A stretch of 64,000 nucleotides of DNA. Source: an uncultured Candidatus Rokubacteria bacterium. GTDB lineage: Bacteria; Methylomirabilota; Methylomirabilia; Rokubacteriales; CSP1-6. A program made the translations under genes and the position numbers. Position 1 is the first letter of the stretch. The number at the start of each line of letters is the position of its first letter. Under the pieces are notes generated by a model, which saw only the letters and a list, made by a program, of their open reading frames with translations, made no database searches and was not told the origin of the DNA. The DNA lies in contig CAVWFS010000007.1 in NCBI GenBank assembly GCA_963754315.1, positions 640,001 through 704,000 on the forward strand, written 5' to 3'. Shown here one piece after another: positions 20,143 through 30,791 of the stretch.

Positions 20143-22407
20143 TCAGCCGCGCGCGCGGCCGAGGGCATCCCAGATGCGCGACGCTGTGGCCGGCAACGAG
20201 CCCAAGCTGACCCGGGTGGTCCCGAACGCGTCGCACACCGCGTTGGCGATGGCGGCGCCAAGACCGGGGTTGCCGCACTCGCCGAGTCCGCGTAGACCGA
20301 GCGGGTTCGTGGTGGCACGGACTTCCTGGAAAAAGCCCTCGATGGGAGGCACGTCGGTCGCATACGGCAACGCATAATCCAGAAACGAGCCCGACAGCAG
20401 CTGCCCATGGCTGTCGTACTGCAGGCTCTCGAGCTGAGCGTTCCCGATTCCGAACACCACCCCGCCCACGAGTTGCCCTTCGATGAGGGCAGGATTCACG
20501 GCACGCCCGACGTCGGCTCCCACCACCACCCGGCGAAGCGTGATGGCACCCGTCTCGGGATCGACGTCAAGGGTTACGGCCACCGCACATCCCGCGTAGG
20601 TGAGCTTGGTGACGTTGAAGGAGGCGCCCGCCGCCAGCGGACGGTTGGCTGCCAGCTCAGCCAAGCTGAGACGCCGCTGCCCTGCGTGCAGCATTCCCCT
20701 GGCGTACGACACGTCGGTTTCCGGTACGCGCCACGCCTCCGCCGCGCGGGTGCGGGCTTCACCGACGAGCTTGGTGGCAGCCATGCTGGCGGCGTTACCC
20801 GCGGTCACGGTGGCTCGAGACCCGTAGGTACCGACCCCACTCTCCACCGCTGAGGTATCAGCGTGCCGCACATCGAAGCGGTCGGCCGGGATCCCGAGCG
20901 CCTCGGCCAAGATCTGAGCCAGGACCGTCTCGAGTCCAGGCCCCATCGAGGAGGCGCCGGTGTCGACCGTGAAGCGTCCGTCGGACCGTGCTTGTACATG
21001 CGTGGTCTCGAAGGGACCGAGTCCGGTCTTCTCCACGTAGACGGCGAGGCCAATCCCCCGCCGAAACCCATTGCCGGTGTTGATCTTCGCCTGCTCGGCC
21101 CGCTCGCGACCGTAGTCGAGCCGGGTGAGCAGCTCGTCAAAGAGTCCCGGGAAATTCCCCGAGTCGTACACTGTGGTCACCCCGAACGACTTGGTGCCGC
21201 AGTCGTAGGGCATCTCCTCGGGGGGGATCAGGTTGCGTCGACGGATTTCGGCGGGATCGAGTCCCAGACGTGACGCCCCCAAATCCATGAGCCGCTCGCG
21301 CGCAAAGTTGCACTCGGGCCGGCCTGGCGAGCGCAGGGTGCCTGCCGGTGTCTTGTTCGTGACCACCGACCAGAGGTCACACGCGTAGTGAGGAACACGG
21401 TACGGCCCGGGGAGCAAGGCAGCCCCGAATTCGGCCGGCACGAGGGCTGCTGTTCGCACGTAGGCGCCGATGTCGGCTCGGATGACCGCCCGCATGGCCA
21501 GGATGCGGCCGTCTCCAGCGAAGGCGATCTCGACCTCGTACTCCGCCTCGCGCGCGTGATTGGTCGACATCAGGCTCTCCCGCCGGCTCTCGATCCATCG
21601 CACCGGGCATCCGAGCTTCATGGCCGCCAGCGGCACGAGGATGTCTTCCGGATAGAGCTCACCGCGCACCCCGAAGCCACCGCCGACGTCGACCTCGGTG
21701 AGCCGGAGCGCGCCCGGCGGAAGGCCGAAGATGGGCGCCAGAATGGTGCGGTTGATATGAATACACTTTGTAGACCCGATGAGGTGCAGCTCACCGCCCC
21801 GTGGGTCGGGGGGCACGGCCAGGAGGCCCCGCGTCTCCAGAGCGGCTCCCGTCTGTCGCGGGTGGCTGAATCGCTCGTGGAGCACAAGGGGCGCCTGGGC
21901 CAGGGCCGTATCGGCGTCGCCCACGCGCATCTGGATCACGGCAACGTTGTTCGACTCCGTGTGGGGAAACAAGCGGGGCGCGCCGGGAGCCAGGGCCTCG
22001 GCCACGAGCGCACACGAGGGCAGGGGCTCGTAGAGCACGTCGATGAGGGCGAGAGCATCCTCGGCCACGTAGCGATCGTCGGCCACCACGAGGGCCATGG
22101 GCTCGCCCACGTAACGGACGATGCCTCGGGCAATGGCTGGCTGCAGGTATCGCTCCGTTCCGGGCGGCGCGCCGACCCGGTTGGGAATGATCGCGGTCTC
22201 AGGCACGTCGACGGCGGTGAGAATGCCGCGCACACCAGGCAGCTCCAGCGCGCGCTTCGTGTCGAGCGACACGATCCGCGCGTGGGCATGTCGAGACCTC
22301 AGCACGGCCGCTTCCAGCATCCCGGGGCGGCGGATGTCGGCGACGAACTGGGCGGTACCCGAGACGAAGCGGTCACCACCGAGGCGTGGATGGGCGATCC
22401 CGATCAT
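20143..22407 (-). CDS. Xanthine dehydrogenase/CoxL-like molybdopterin-binding subunit
   Basis: DVGGGFGVRG, YDSGNF, GTYGSR, DVGRAVNP, NPLGLRGLGE; active-site loop reads GTLRSPGRPE. Confidence 0.9.
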   Translation of the reverse strand: MIGIAHPRLGGDRFVSGTAQFVADIRRPGMLEAAVLRSRHAHARIVSLDTKRALELPGVRGILTAVDVPETAIIPNRVGAPPGTERYLQPAIARGIVRYVGEPMALVVADDRYVAEDALALIDVLYEPLPSCALVAEALAPGAPRLFPHTESNNVAVIQMRVGDADTALAQAPLVLHERFSHPRQTGAALETRGLLAVPPDPRGGELHLIGSTKCIHINRTILAPIFGLPPGALRLTEVDVGGGFGVRGELYPEDILVPLAAMKLGCPVRWIESRRESLMSTNHAREAEYEVEIAFAGDGRILAMRAVIRADIGAYVRTAALVPAEFGAALLPGPYRVPHYACDLWSVVTNKTPAGTLRSPGRPECNFARERLMDLGASRLGLDPAEIRRRNLIPPEEMPYDCGTKSFGVTTVYDSGNFPGLFDELLTRLDYGRERAEQAKINTGNGFRRGIGLAVYVEKTGLGPFETTHVQARSDGRFTVDTGASSMGPGLETVLAQILAEALGIPADRFDVRHADTSAVESGVGTYGSRATVTAGNAASMAATKLVGEARTRAAEAWRVPETDVSYARGMLHAGQRRLSLAELAANRPLAAGASFNVTKLTYAGCAVAVTLDVDPETGAITLRRVVVGADVGRAVNPALIEGQLVGGVVFGIGNAQLESLQYDSHGQLLSGSFLDYALPYATDVPPIEGFFQEVRATTNPLGLRGLGECGNPGLGAAIANAVCDAFGTTRVSLGSLPATASRIWDALGRARG

Positions 22408-23468
22408 GGGGCATCCACCATCGCGGCGATGGCCTGGCCCACCTCGGCGGTGGTGGACTTGCCGCCGAGATCACGCGTCAGCACCTTCCCTTCGTCCACG
22501 ACGCGTTCGATGGCCTTCACCACCGCCTGGGCAGCCTCGGCGTGACCGAGGTGCTCGAGCATGAGGGCTCCCGTCCAGATCTGGGCGATGGGGTTGGCGA
22601 TGCCCTTGCCGGCGATGTCGGGGGCCGAGCCGTGGACCGGCTCGAACATCGACGGGTACTCCTTCTCGGGGTTGATGTTGGCGCCCGGGGCAAGACCGAT
22701 GGAGCCGGCGATGGCGGGCCCGAGGTCGGAGAGGATGTCGCCGAAGAGATTGGACCCGACGACGACATCGAACCAGTCAGGGTGCTGCACGAAGTGAGCG
22801 GTCAGGATGTCGATATGATACTGGGCGGTCTTGACGTCCGGATACTCGCGGGCCACGGCCGCGAAGCGCTCGTCCCAGTAGGGCATGCTGTGGATGATGC
22901 CGTTGGACTTCGTGGCCGAGGTCACGTGATGGCGTGGGCGGCGCCGGGCGAGCTCGAAGGCATAGCGCATGATGCGATCGCATCCGCGCCGGGTGAAGAC
23001 CGCTTGCTGGACGGCCAGCTCCTCCGGGGTGTCCTTGTAGAGGCGTCCACCAATCTCGGAATATTCACCCTCGTTGTTCTCGCGGACGATGATCATGTCG
23101 ATATCGGCCGGTCCCCGTCCCGCCAGTGGCGAGCGCGCCCCCTTGAGCAATCGAACCGGCCGCAGGTTGACGTATTGGCGGAACCCGCGCCGAATGGGAA
23201 TGAGCAATCCCCAGAGCGAGACGTGATCGGCAACCCCCGGGAATCCGACCGCGCCCAGGAAGATCCCCTCGAACTGGCGCAGCTGCTCGAGGCCGTCCTC
23301 GGGCATCATCCGGCCCGTCTTGAGGTACATCTCGCAGCTCCAGTCGAAGTGCGTCCAGGCGAACTCCACGCCGAAGCGCCGGCCGGCCGCGTCCAGGACG
23401 CGCATACCCTCCGGGAGGACCTCCTTGCCGATCCCGTCGCCCGGGATCACCGCGATACGATGCTTCAT
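22404..23468 (-). CDS. ttuC: Tartrate dehydrogenase/D-malate dehydrogenase (decarboxylating)
   Basis: IPGDGIGKEV, DHVSLWGLLIPIRR.F.QYVNLRP, SATKSNG, NLFGDILSD, FEPVHGSAPDIAG. Confidence 0.9.
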   Translation of the reverse strand: MKHRIAVIPGDGIGKEVLPEGMRVLDAAGRRFGVEFAWTHFDWSCEMYLKTGRMMPEDGLEQLRQFEGIFLGAVGFPGVADHVSLWGLLIPIRRGFRQYVNLRPVRLLKGARSPLAGRGPADIDMIIVRENNEGEYSEIGGRLYKDTPEELAVQQAVFTRRGCDRIMRYAFELARRRPRHHVTSATKSNGIIHSMPYWDERFAAVAREYPDVKTAQYHIDILTAHFVQHPDWFDVVVGSNLFGDILSDLGPAIAGSIGLAPGANINPEKEYPSMFEPVHGSAPDIAGKGIANPIAQIWTGALMLEHLGHAEAAQAVVKAIERVVDEGKVLTRDLGGKSTTAEVGQAIAAMVDAP

Positions 23469-24065
23469 CGGCGCGCCTCCCTCAGAACGAAGTCGAACGT
23501 GAGAACCTGGGCCGATCCGGTACCGTCCGTCCGGACCACCAGGGCAGGATTGAAGATGAAGTCGCGCGCATTATCCTGCTCACCCGGGAAGTAGAGCTGG
23601 GTCGTGAGGATCGGCTGGTGGGGGGCCTGCGCCTTGACGTGAATGTGGCGGGTGCGACCGGGATAGAGTCCAGGCAGGACCGTTTCCAGGCGATACTCTC
23701 CCCCATCGCCGCTGAACTGATGGCCGCGTAACCGATAGCCGGCGTTGTCGTAGCCACCACCGTCGTCAGCCTGCCAGAAATCGAGAAGCGCTCGGGGAAT
23801 CGGTCGGCAGTCCGTGCCAAGGACCGTTCCGCTCACCACGATTTTCGTGCCGGTGACTCCGGGCTCGAGCAACGAGACGCGTAGCGGTGAGCGCGCCTTG
23901 AAGTACGGCCCCTCCGTTTGCGCGACCGTGGGCGGAGCCGGGGCGCCGCAGGCGGGCGTTGGCCGCAGGCCTCGCTCCTGAGCGATAACCGCCGGCGCCG
24001 CCCCGAGCGCAATCGCACCGTGAACGAGCCAGTGAACGCCTCAGAAACTCCCGTCGTGTCGTCAT
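23465..24065 (-). CDS. Intradiol ring-cleavage dioxygenase-like protein with Tat signal, apparent frameshift ~24020-24043
   Basis: TRREFL Tat start at ATG 24065; the other frame gives PTPAC..QTEGPYFK, DFWQAD..G.YD, YPGRTRHIHVK and TTQLYFP. Confidence 0.85.
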
Positions 24066-24142
24066 GCCCCCAGTCTACTCCCACGCGTCCCGTCGAGGAG
24101 CGCCACAGGTCCGCCGCGCGATCCGAGCGCCCATTCGGGCAG

Positions 24143-24344
24143 TGGGGGCGAACTCCGCGCTCAAAAAACCTGGCGTGCTCTCGAGCAGCGCCACGGGTCC
24201 CCCGGGGCGCTGCGAGCCACCATGGGGGGCTTGGGGGCGGACTCCGCGCTCAAAAAACCTGGCGTGCTCTCGAGGAGCGCCACGGGTCCCCCGGGGCGCT
24301 CCGAGCCGCCATGGGGGGCTTGGGGGGCCCTTTCGAGGCCCCCC
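24143..24344 (-). repeat. Two tandem 89-bp units plus GGGGGGCCTCGAAAGGGCCCCCC hairpin head; degenerate partial unit at ~24093-24128
   Basis: 24143-24231 and 24232-24320 differ at 4 of 89 positions; same family as 17111-17310. Confidence 0.92.
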
Positions 24345-24348
24345 AATA

Positions 24349-25770
24349 TCACAACTGCCCGGAGTCCTCCCAGGAGTCCAGCAGGACTTGATAGGCGGGA
24401 TCAGCGTAGCGATCGAGACGGAAGGCGGGCGCGTACGGCGGCAGAGGTCGCTCGGCGATGTAATCAGCCAGGAGATCGGCGGCGCCGCTGGCGGCCATGA
24501 GACCGTAACCCGACAACGCACCGAGCACGTAGGCACCCTCCACTGGAAGGGGCCCGACGAGGCAACGGTTCTCTCGCGTCTTCGCGTAGTAGCCGCCATC
24601 GACCACGCACCGGGGAAGCCGCGAGAAGTAGGCGGCAAGGCCCGGAATCATCCGTGACATCCCGCGCAGGACGATCTCTGGGTACTCGGGGTCGAACACC
24701 AGAGGCAGCGCCGGCTCCCGTGGTTCGACATGATAGTTCCAGAGCATGAGCACGGCCGTGCTGTCAGCGCCTCCCTCGGGGCGCCCGTGCGCTCCTTCTG
24801 GGAAGCACTCCTCGAGCAGATGCCGGTGAGCCGGCGAGCGAGCCAACTCGGTCCGCTCCTCGTCCGACCACGGCAAGCGCACTGGATCACTCCAAATCAG
24901 CAGCGGAGCGGACCGCGGTATCGCTCCCAAGACGTCGTCGAAGGCGATCTTGGCGTGGCGCTCACAGAAGACCGGGAGCGCCACGCCCAGCAGCTGGCCC
25001 ACCGATACCAGGAACGGCCCCGCCGCGTTCACGAATCGCGGAGTGGCAATCGTCACCGTACCCTGGCGGGCACTCACCGTCACGCCGCGGACGCGGCCAC
25101 CCGTCGTATCCACGCGATCCAATCGTCCCTCGATCAGCTCGACTCCCTTCTCGCGAGCCCGCTCGAGCAAGTACATGCCGAGCTGCTGGCCACTGAACCA
25201 ACCCGCGCGACGCGCGTGCAGCACAGCCACGGTGTTCTCGGCCAGGTACGGGAAGTGGCGGCGAATCGCCGCAGGATCGGTGAAGACGTCGGCACCCCTT
25301 GGTTGGTGCTCGAAGCCATCGGCTGGCGCCGGAACATAGCTGCTGCCGGCATCGGCATGGATACGAGCGGGACCCGCGCCGAGCACCGCCGCCTCCTTCG
25401 CGGCGTCGACGAACTGTGCCCCCCGTTCCGGGTTCGCCGTCGCAAAGAGGTAGCCGCGGCGGTTGAGCCGGATGGCATTGTCGCTCTCGCGAGCCAGTTC
25501 CTCCAGGAGATCGATGCTACGGTTCATCAGGGCTACCATCGCGTCGCCCGGTCCTGGCCACCAGTTCCGATAGCACTCGGTCGATTTATCGCTGGTCAGG
25601 GAGAGCGGCGGGCGCTCGTCGATGAGGACGAGATTGCGCATCCCACGCCGGACCGCCAGATGATAGGCAGCCGCGATGCCGGCGATACCAGCCCCACAGA
25701 TCGCGATGTCCGCGGCTACGCATCTTGCGAGGGACGTTAGCACAGCTGACCCGGCGAGCGCGGCCGACAC
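24349..25770 (-). CDS. FAD-dependent oxidoreductase, DAO/sarcosine oxidase beta-like
   Basis: ICGAGIAG dinucleotide motif, VNAAGP, GGYY..T.EN..LVGP, ALSGYGLMA. The true start may be ATG 25723 with a one-base indel. Confidence 0.85.
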   Translation of the reverse strand: MSAALAGSAVLTSLARCVAADIAICGAGIAGIAAAYHLAVRRGMRNLVLIDERPPLSLTSDKSTECYRNWWPGPGDAMVALMNRSIDLLEELARESDNAIRLNRRGYLFATANPERGAQFVDAAKEAAVLGAGPARIHADAGSSYVPAPADGFEHQPRGADVFTDPAAIRRHFPYLAENTVAVLHARRAGWFSGQQLGMYLLERAREKGVELIEGRLDRVDTTGGRVRGVTVSARQGTVTIATPRFVNAAGPFLVSVGQLLGVALPVFCERHAKIAFDDVLGAIPRSAPLLIWSDPVRLPWSDEERTELARSPAHRHLLEECFPEGAHGRPEGGADSTAVLMLWNYHVEPREPALPLVFDPEYPEIVLRGMSRMIPGLAAYFSRLPRCVVDGGYYAKTRENRCLVGPLPVEGAYVLGALSGYGLMAASGAADLLADYIAERPLPPYAPAFRLDRYADPAYQVLLDSWEDSGQL

Positions 25771-25791
25771 CCGATCTCGGCGGGGTCAGGC

Positions 25792-26661
25792 TCAGAGCTT
25801 GCGCAACCCCAACGGCGGCAGATCGAGCAGCGTCCGGCGAGCCACACTCCACAGAGCATCGAGGGCACTCGTGAAGCTCGGCGCGTCGACGGCAAGCACC
25901 CGTGCGACCAGACCGCCGCGAGGGCCCGCCGTCGCCGCGCCTTTCACCCCGTCCCGCATCAGAGCCGCGGTTGCCGCTCGCGCGAGGCGGGACATGTCGA
26001 TCTCGCCGATGACCATGAGCGCGCCAAAGTAGGCGTACCCGTCGCTGCACCCAACCCCAGCCCACGGCCCCTCGGGGTCGAGCACGAAGCGATCGTGCAG
26101 GATCCACCGCGGCCCTTCGCGAACGGTGATCGCGCTCTCCAGTCGCGCGAACCGCCACGCCCCTTCCCGGGCCACCCGGCCCGCGGCAAAGGTATCGAGG
26201 AGGATGAGCCGGCCGCCGCGCTCGACGTCGGCGTCGATCGTCTGTCGAAAGGCCGAGCCGGCGAACGCGATGGTGTGATCGGGCACCCACTCGAGTGCAC
26301 CGCCAGCGGCCACCCGCAGACGGACGTCCTGTCGGGCCTCGGGGCCGAGGGTTCGATAGACCTTGGTCGCGGACGGGGTCGTCAGGCATGCGTGGGCGCC
26401 GCTCGCAACGTCCACGTCCACGGTGAGCCGGTCACCGCCAACGATCCCCCCGCCAGGATTGAGCACGGATACGACGCTCGCTGGATCGTGAAGCCGAAGA
26501 GGGGAAAGGACCTGGAGCGGCAAGGTGAAGCCGCAACGCGCCAGCACCGTGGCAGCGTGCCGGCGCTCGAAGCGGAGCTGCAGGCATCCATCACGCCCAA
26601 CCCGTCCAAGGACAGACGCCGGCGTCGTCAGACCGGAAGCGACAGATCCGACCGGATCCAT
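25792..26661 (-). CDS. ureD: Urease accessory protein UreD
   Basis: [42 protein letters not shown]; last gene of the urease cluster. Confidence 0.9.
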   Translation of the reverse strand: MDPVGSVASGLTTPASVLGRVGRDGCLQLRFERRHAATVLARCGFTLPLQVLSPLRLHDPASVVSVLNPGGGIVGGDRLTVDVDVASGAHACLTTPSATKVYRTLGPEARQDVRLRVAAGGALEWVPDHTIAFAGSAFRQTIDADVERGGRLILLDTFAAGRVAREGAWRFARLESAITVREGPRWILHDRFVLDPEGPWAGVGCSDGYAYFGALMVIGEIDMSRLARAATAALMRDGVKGAATAGPRGGLVARVLAVDAPSFTSALDALWSVARRTLLDLPPLGLRKL

Positions 26662-27239
26662 TCGACGATACGTTCCACACCCTCACCCGTGTGGAGATTG
26701 GTGAACACAAAGAGACGGTCGCCGCGCATCCGCCGCGCATCGCGCTCCATAACGGACAGATCGGCCCCCACGTAGGGGGCGAGGTCGATCTTGTTGATGA
26801 CAAGGATGTCCGAGCGCGTGATACCGGGCCCGCCCTTGCGGGGGATCTTCTCTCCCTCGGCCACGTCGATCACGTAGATGGTCGCGTCGACCAGCTCGGG
26901 ACTAAACGTGGCGGCGAGGTTGTCCCCGCCGCTCTCCACCAGGATGAGCTCGAGTCCCGGAAAACGGCCGACGAGATCCCGGATCGCCTCCAGGTTTACC
27001 GATGCGTCCTCCCGAATCGCCGTGTGAGGGCATCCGCCCGTCTCGACACCGACCACCCGGCCCGCGGGCAAGGCGCCGCGCCGGGTCAGGAATTCAGCGT
27101 CCTCCTTCGTGTAGATATCGTTGGTGACGACGGCCATGTCCACCGTGCTGCGCAGCCGTCGGCAGAGGCTTTCCGCCAGGGCCGTCTTCCCCGAGCCGAC
27201 GGGGCCGCCGATGCCGATCTTGAGCGGCTTCGGGATCAC
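26628..27239 (-). CDS. ureG: Urease accessory GTPase UreG
   Basis: [39 protein letters not shown] start overlaps the ureF stop (GTGA). Confidence 0.96.
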   Translation of the reverse strand: MIPKPLKIGIGGPVGSGKTALAESLCRRLRSTVDMAVVTNDIYTKEDAEFLTRRGALPAGRVVGVETGGCPHTAIREDASVNLEAIRDLVGRFPGLELILVESGGDNLAATFSPELVDATIYVIDVAEGEKIPRKGGPGITRSDILVINKIDLAPYVGADLSVMERDARRMRGDRLFVFTNLHTGEGVERIVEWIRSDLSLPV

Positions 27240-27946
27240 GAGCGAAAGAGCCTCATGTCGAGATCGGCGTGGCGAAGTCCAGCGATCTCCAGTCCAGGGG
27301 TGAAGCTCCACAGATCGTCCACGGACGACTGCGCGGCGCGCACGGCCAGCCGCCTGATGAGGGGGTGGACGGTGGCCAGAACCGTCTGCCCGTCGAGCTG
27401 CCCCAGCGGCAGGAGCCGGAGGGCGGCGTTCACGACCAGCACGGTCGCCGAGTGCAGGTAGGCAGCTGCCACCACCTCCGCGTCGACGCCCCGATCGCCG
27501 AGGACAGCTCCGAACACTGGCGCATGGTGCCCCGCCGCCACCGCGATCCCGTCAGCATGCGCGGGCCTCTCCAGGGCGCCGGCAAGCGCGCGGAGAAACC
27601 GCGTCTCGCCAGTGGCGAGGGCGACCCTCAAGGTTTGCCGTGCCATCTGCAGACTGGCCTGTCGGAACTCCGGTACGAAGCGGGTTGTGTCGAGCCGTAG
27701 GTCGAGGTCGAGCCAGCCGTCGAGGTCGCCTCTCGCGGCGAAGCGCGAGGCACAGGCGGCCGCCACCGCGTCGGTGGGACCAGCGCTGCCCGCGAGCTGA
27801 GCGCGCAGAAACGCTTCGAGGCCTTCCCGGTCACGCACGACACCGGACTGCACGTAGGTCTCGAGACCGAACGAATGAGCGAAGCCGCCCGCGGGGAACA
27901 GCCCGTCGGCAAGCTGCAAGACGGCCAGCAGACCGTCAGTGGTCAT
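27236..27946 (-). CDS. ureF: Urease accessory protein UreF
   Basis: [19 protein letters not shown]-terminus and RLFRS C-terminus. Confidence 0.94.
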   Translation of the reverse strand: MTTDGLLAVLQLADGLFPAGGFAHSFGLETYVQSGVVRDREGLEAFLRAQLAGSAGPTDAVAAACASRFAARGDLDGWLDLDLRLDTTRFVPEFRQASLQMARQTLRVALATGETRFLRALAGALERPAHADGIAVAAGHHAPVFGAVLGDRGVDAEVVAAAYLHSATVLVVNAALRLLPLGQLDGQTVLATVHPLIRRLAVRAAQSSVDDLWSFTPGLEIAGLRHADLDMRLFRS

Positions 27947-28397
27947 GGCGGTGCCCGGCCCCGAGGGGGACAAACGTCGCGCGGGTTCGGTGCCACGATA
28001 CGCCGAGGCGCGTGAGGAGCTGCTCCATTGCCGGGTCGTCCGGAATCAGGAGCCGGTCACCGTCGAGGGCGAGTGCGAAGTGGCGATTGCCGACCTCGAA
28101 GGCGACCCGGATACCCTCTTCGCGCGAGCGCGGCAGCACGGCGATGACCGGCTCCTCGGCCGCCTCGATGGTCAGGTACCAGTCAGGGCCAACGTAGAGA
28201 ACGTCGCCAGGTGTGAGCACGCTTCCCGTTGGAAGGGCGAGCATGAGCTCCCGGCCGGCGCGAGTCCGCACGCGTCGGCGGCCCCACCGTCGCTCCTCCG
28301 CCGTCAGGACGAGGCGATCCCGGACACGCCCTCCCTGCTCCACAGCGCTGACGTGTACGCGCGTCTCGGTGACGACGGGTACCCCGTCCGCGTCCAT
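27936..28397 (-). CDS. ureE: Urease accessory protein UreE
   Basis: VGNRH metal motif, F.P.GAG, short HRHDH tail. Confidence 0.9.
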   Translation of the reverse strand: MDADGVPVVTETRVHVSAVEQGGRVRDRLVLTAEERRWGRRRVRTRAGRELMLALPTGSVLTPGDVLYVGPDWYLTIEAAEEPVIAVLPRSREEGIRVAFEVGNRHFALALDGDRLLIPDDPAMEQLLTRLGVSWHRTRATFVPLGAGHRHDH

Positions 28398-30115
28398 CAG
28401 AACAGGAAATAGCGCTGGGCCATCGGCAGGACCTGCGCGGGCTCGCAGGTCAGTAGCTCTCCGTCCGCCCGGACCTCGTAGGTTTCGGGGTCCACCTCGA
28501 TGCGTGGCAGCATGTTGTTATGGATCATGTCGCGCTTACCGATGCTGCGGCAGCGCCCCACCGCCAGGGCGCGACGCTGCAGCCCGAGCCGCGCCGGCAC
28601 CCCGGACGCCAGCGCCGCCGCCGAGACAAACGTCACCGCCGTCGACCCAATGGCACGCCCGAACGCCCCGAACATCGGTCGGCTGAGAACGGGCTGGGGG
28701 GTTGGGATCGACGCGTTGGCATCACCCATGGCCGCCCAGGCGATGGCACCTCCCTTCACCACCAGCTCCGGCTTCACGCCGAAGAAGGCCGGTTTCCACA
28801 CCACGAGATCGGCCAGCTTGCCGGCCTCCACGGAGCCAACGTGATCGGCCATCCCGTGGGCGATGGCAGGGTTGATCGTGTACTTGGCCACGTAGCGCTT
28901 GACCCGGAGGTTGTCGTCACCTGACTTCTCACCGGGCAGCGGACCCCGCTGCCGCTTCATCTTGTCGGCGGTCTGCCACGTGCGGATGATCACCTCCCCG
29001 ATGCGCCCCATCGCCTGGGAGTCCGAGGACATCATGCTGATGGCTCCCAAGTCGTGAAGGATGTCCTCGGCCGCCATGGTCTCCGCTCGAATCCGCGACT
29101 CCGCAAAGGCAACATCCTCGGGGATGCTCGGGTGGAGATGGTGACACACCATGAGCATGTCCAGATGCTCGTCCATCGTGTTGACCGTGAACGGCATGGT
29201 CGGGTTGGTGGACGACGGCAGGCAATTGGGCTCTCCGCACACACGAATGATGTCAGGCGCGTGCCCTCCGCCCGCGCCTTCGGTGTGATAGGTGTGGATC
29301 GTCCGGCCCGCGATGGCCCGCAGCGAATCCTCCACGAACCCGGTCTCGTTGATCGTGTCGGTGTGAATGGCCACCTGCACGTCGTACTCGTCGGCGACGC
29401 GGAGCGCGCAGTCGATGGCCGTGGGGGTCGTTCCCCAGTCCTCGTGCAGCTTGAGCCCAATGGCCCCCGCCGCGATCTGTTCACGCAGGGGATCGAGAGT
29501 GGAAACATTGCCCTTGCCCAGGAATCCCAGGTTCACGGGAAAGGCCTCCGACGATTCCAGCATTCGATGAAGGTGCCACTCCCCGGGAGTGCACGTCGTG
29601 GCACTGGTACCGCTTGCGGGTCCGGTCCCGCCGCCCAGCAAGGTCGTGAGACCGGACGAGATGGCTTCGGTGACGAGCTGAGGGCAAATGAAATGGACAT
29701 GGGAGTCAAGACCGCCGGCCGTGACGATACGGCCCTCGCCCGCGATCACCTCGGTGGCCCCGCCGATCACCATGTTGGGCGAGACGCCGTCCATCACGTC
29801 CGGGTTGCCCGCCTTCCCGATGCCGACGATGCGCCCGTCGCGGAGACCGATGTCGGCCTTCACGATGCCCCAATGGTCGACGATGAGCGCGTTGGTTATC
29901 ACCGTGTCGAGCGCCCCATCGGCCCGCGTGGCCCGGGCCGACTGGCCCATACCATCACGGATCACCTTGCCCCCTCCGAACTTCACCTCGTCGCCCGGCA
30001 GGGTCAGATCGCGTTCGACCCGGATCAGCAGCTCGGTATCGGCGAGTCGCACCCGATCGCCCGTGGTCGGGCCATAGAGGTCCGCGTGCTGGCGTCGGCT
30101 CATGCGCAGGCTCAT
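28397..30115 (-). CDS. ureC: Urease subunit alpha
   Basis: [49 protein letters not shown]. Confidence 0.98.
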   Translation of the reverse strand: MSLRMSRRQHADLYGPTTGDRVRLADTELLIRVERDLTLPGDEVKFGGGKVIRDGMGQSARATRADGALDTVITNALIVDHWGIVKADIGLRDGRIVGIGKAGNPDVMDGVSPNMVIGGATEVIAGEGRIVTAGGLDSHVHFICPQLVTEAISSGLTTLLGGGTGPASGTSATTCTPGEWHLHRMLESSEAFPVNLGFLGKGNVSTLDPLREQIAAGAIGLKLHEDWGTTPTAIDCALRVADEYDVQVAIHTDTINETGFVEDSLRAIAGRTIHTYHTEGAGGGHAPDIIRVCGEPNCLPSSTNPTMPFTVNTMDEHLDMLMVCHHLHPSIPEDVAFAESRIRAETMAAEDILHDLGAISMMSSDSQAMGRIGEVIIRTWQTADKMKRQRGPLPGEKSGDDNLRVKRYVAKYTINPAIAHGMADHVGSVEAGKLADLVVWKPAFFGVKPELVVKGGAIAWAAMGDANASIPTPQPVLSRPMFGAFGRAIGSTAVTFVSAAALASGVPARLGLQRRALAVGRCRSIGKRDMIHNNMLPRIEVDPETYEVRADGELLTCEPAQVLPMAQRYFLF

Positions 30116-30474
30116 GGACGCGCGTCCCACTCGGCCAGACGACGGAGTGCTGCGTCTTGATTCGCGCCCTGGGTCAGGCCGTTGAGCCCGTACACAGCAC
30201 GCGCACCGCCGAACTCCACCAGGGTCACTCGCTTGGCGTCGCCGGGCTCGAAACGCACGGCGGTACCCGCGGCAACGTTGAGTCGCATCCCGAACGCGCG
30301 CTGTCGGTCAAAGCGGAGCGCCCGATTCACCTCGAAGAAGTGAAAGTGCGAGCCTACCTGGATCGGCCGGTCACCCGTATTGGTGACCTCGAGCTCCAGT
30401 ATCGATCGGCCCACATTGCCGACGATGTCGCCCTCACCCAGCAGGTACTCCCCCGGGATCATGGGCGTCGTCAT
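30112..30474 (-). CDS. ureB: Urease subunit beta
   Basis: [33 protein letters not shown]. Confidence 0.97.
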   Translation of the reverse strand: MTTPMIPGEYLLGEGDIVGNVGRSILELEVTNTGDRPIQVGSHFHFFEVNRALRFDRQRAFGMRLNVAAGTAVRFEPGDAKRVTLVEFGGARAVYGLNGLTQGANQDAALRRLAEWDARP

Positions 30475-30773
30475 CGGATTGGTTGATGGATGGTGACCAG
30501 CTTGGTGCCATCGGGGAACGTTCCCTCGACCTGGATCTCCTCGATCATTTCCGGCACCCCTTCCATCACATCCACGCGGCCCAGGATGTGCTGACCGGAC
30601 TCCATGAGCTGCGACACCGTGCGGCCGTCACGAATGCCTTCGAGGATCTCCGACGTGATGAGGGCCACCGCCTCCGGATGATTCAGCTTGAGGCCACGCG
30701 CCCGGCGCCGGCGCGCCAACTCGGCGGCCGTGAAGATCAGCAGCTTTTCTTGCTCGCGCGGTGTCAGATGCAT
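30471..30773 (-). CDS. ureA: Urease subunit gamma
   Basis: [30 protein letters not shown]. Confidence 0.98.
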   Translation of the reverse strand: MHLTPREQEKLLIFTAAELARRRRARGLKLNHPEAVALITSEILEGIRDGRTVSQLMESGQHILGRVDVMEGVPEMIEEIQVEGTFPDGTKLVTIHQPIR

Positions 30774-30791
30774 GGTCGTCCCCGCTGCCCG

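Noticed and set aside
17111..24344. CRISPR interpretation of the two repeat arrays
   Set aside because: Units repeat along their whole ~80-89 bp with no unique spacers, and there are no cas genes.
23918..24657. ORFs spanning the 89-bp repeat
   Set aside because: The unit length is not a multiple of 3; these are translations of non-coding repeat or antisense sequence.
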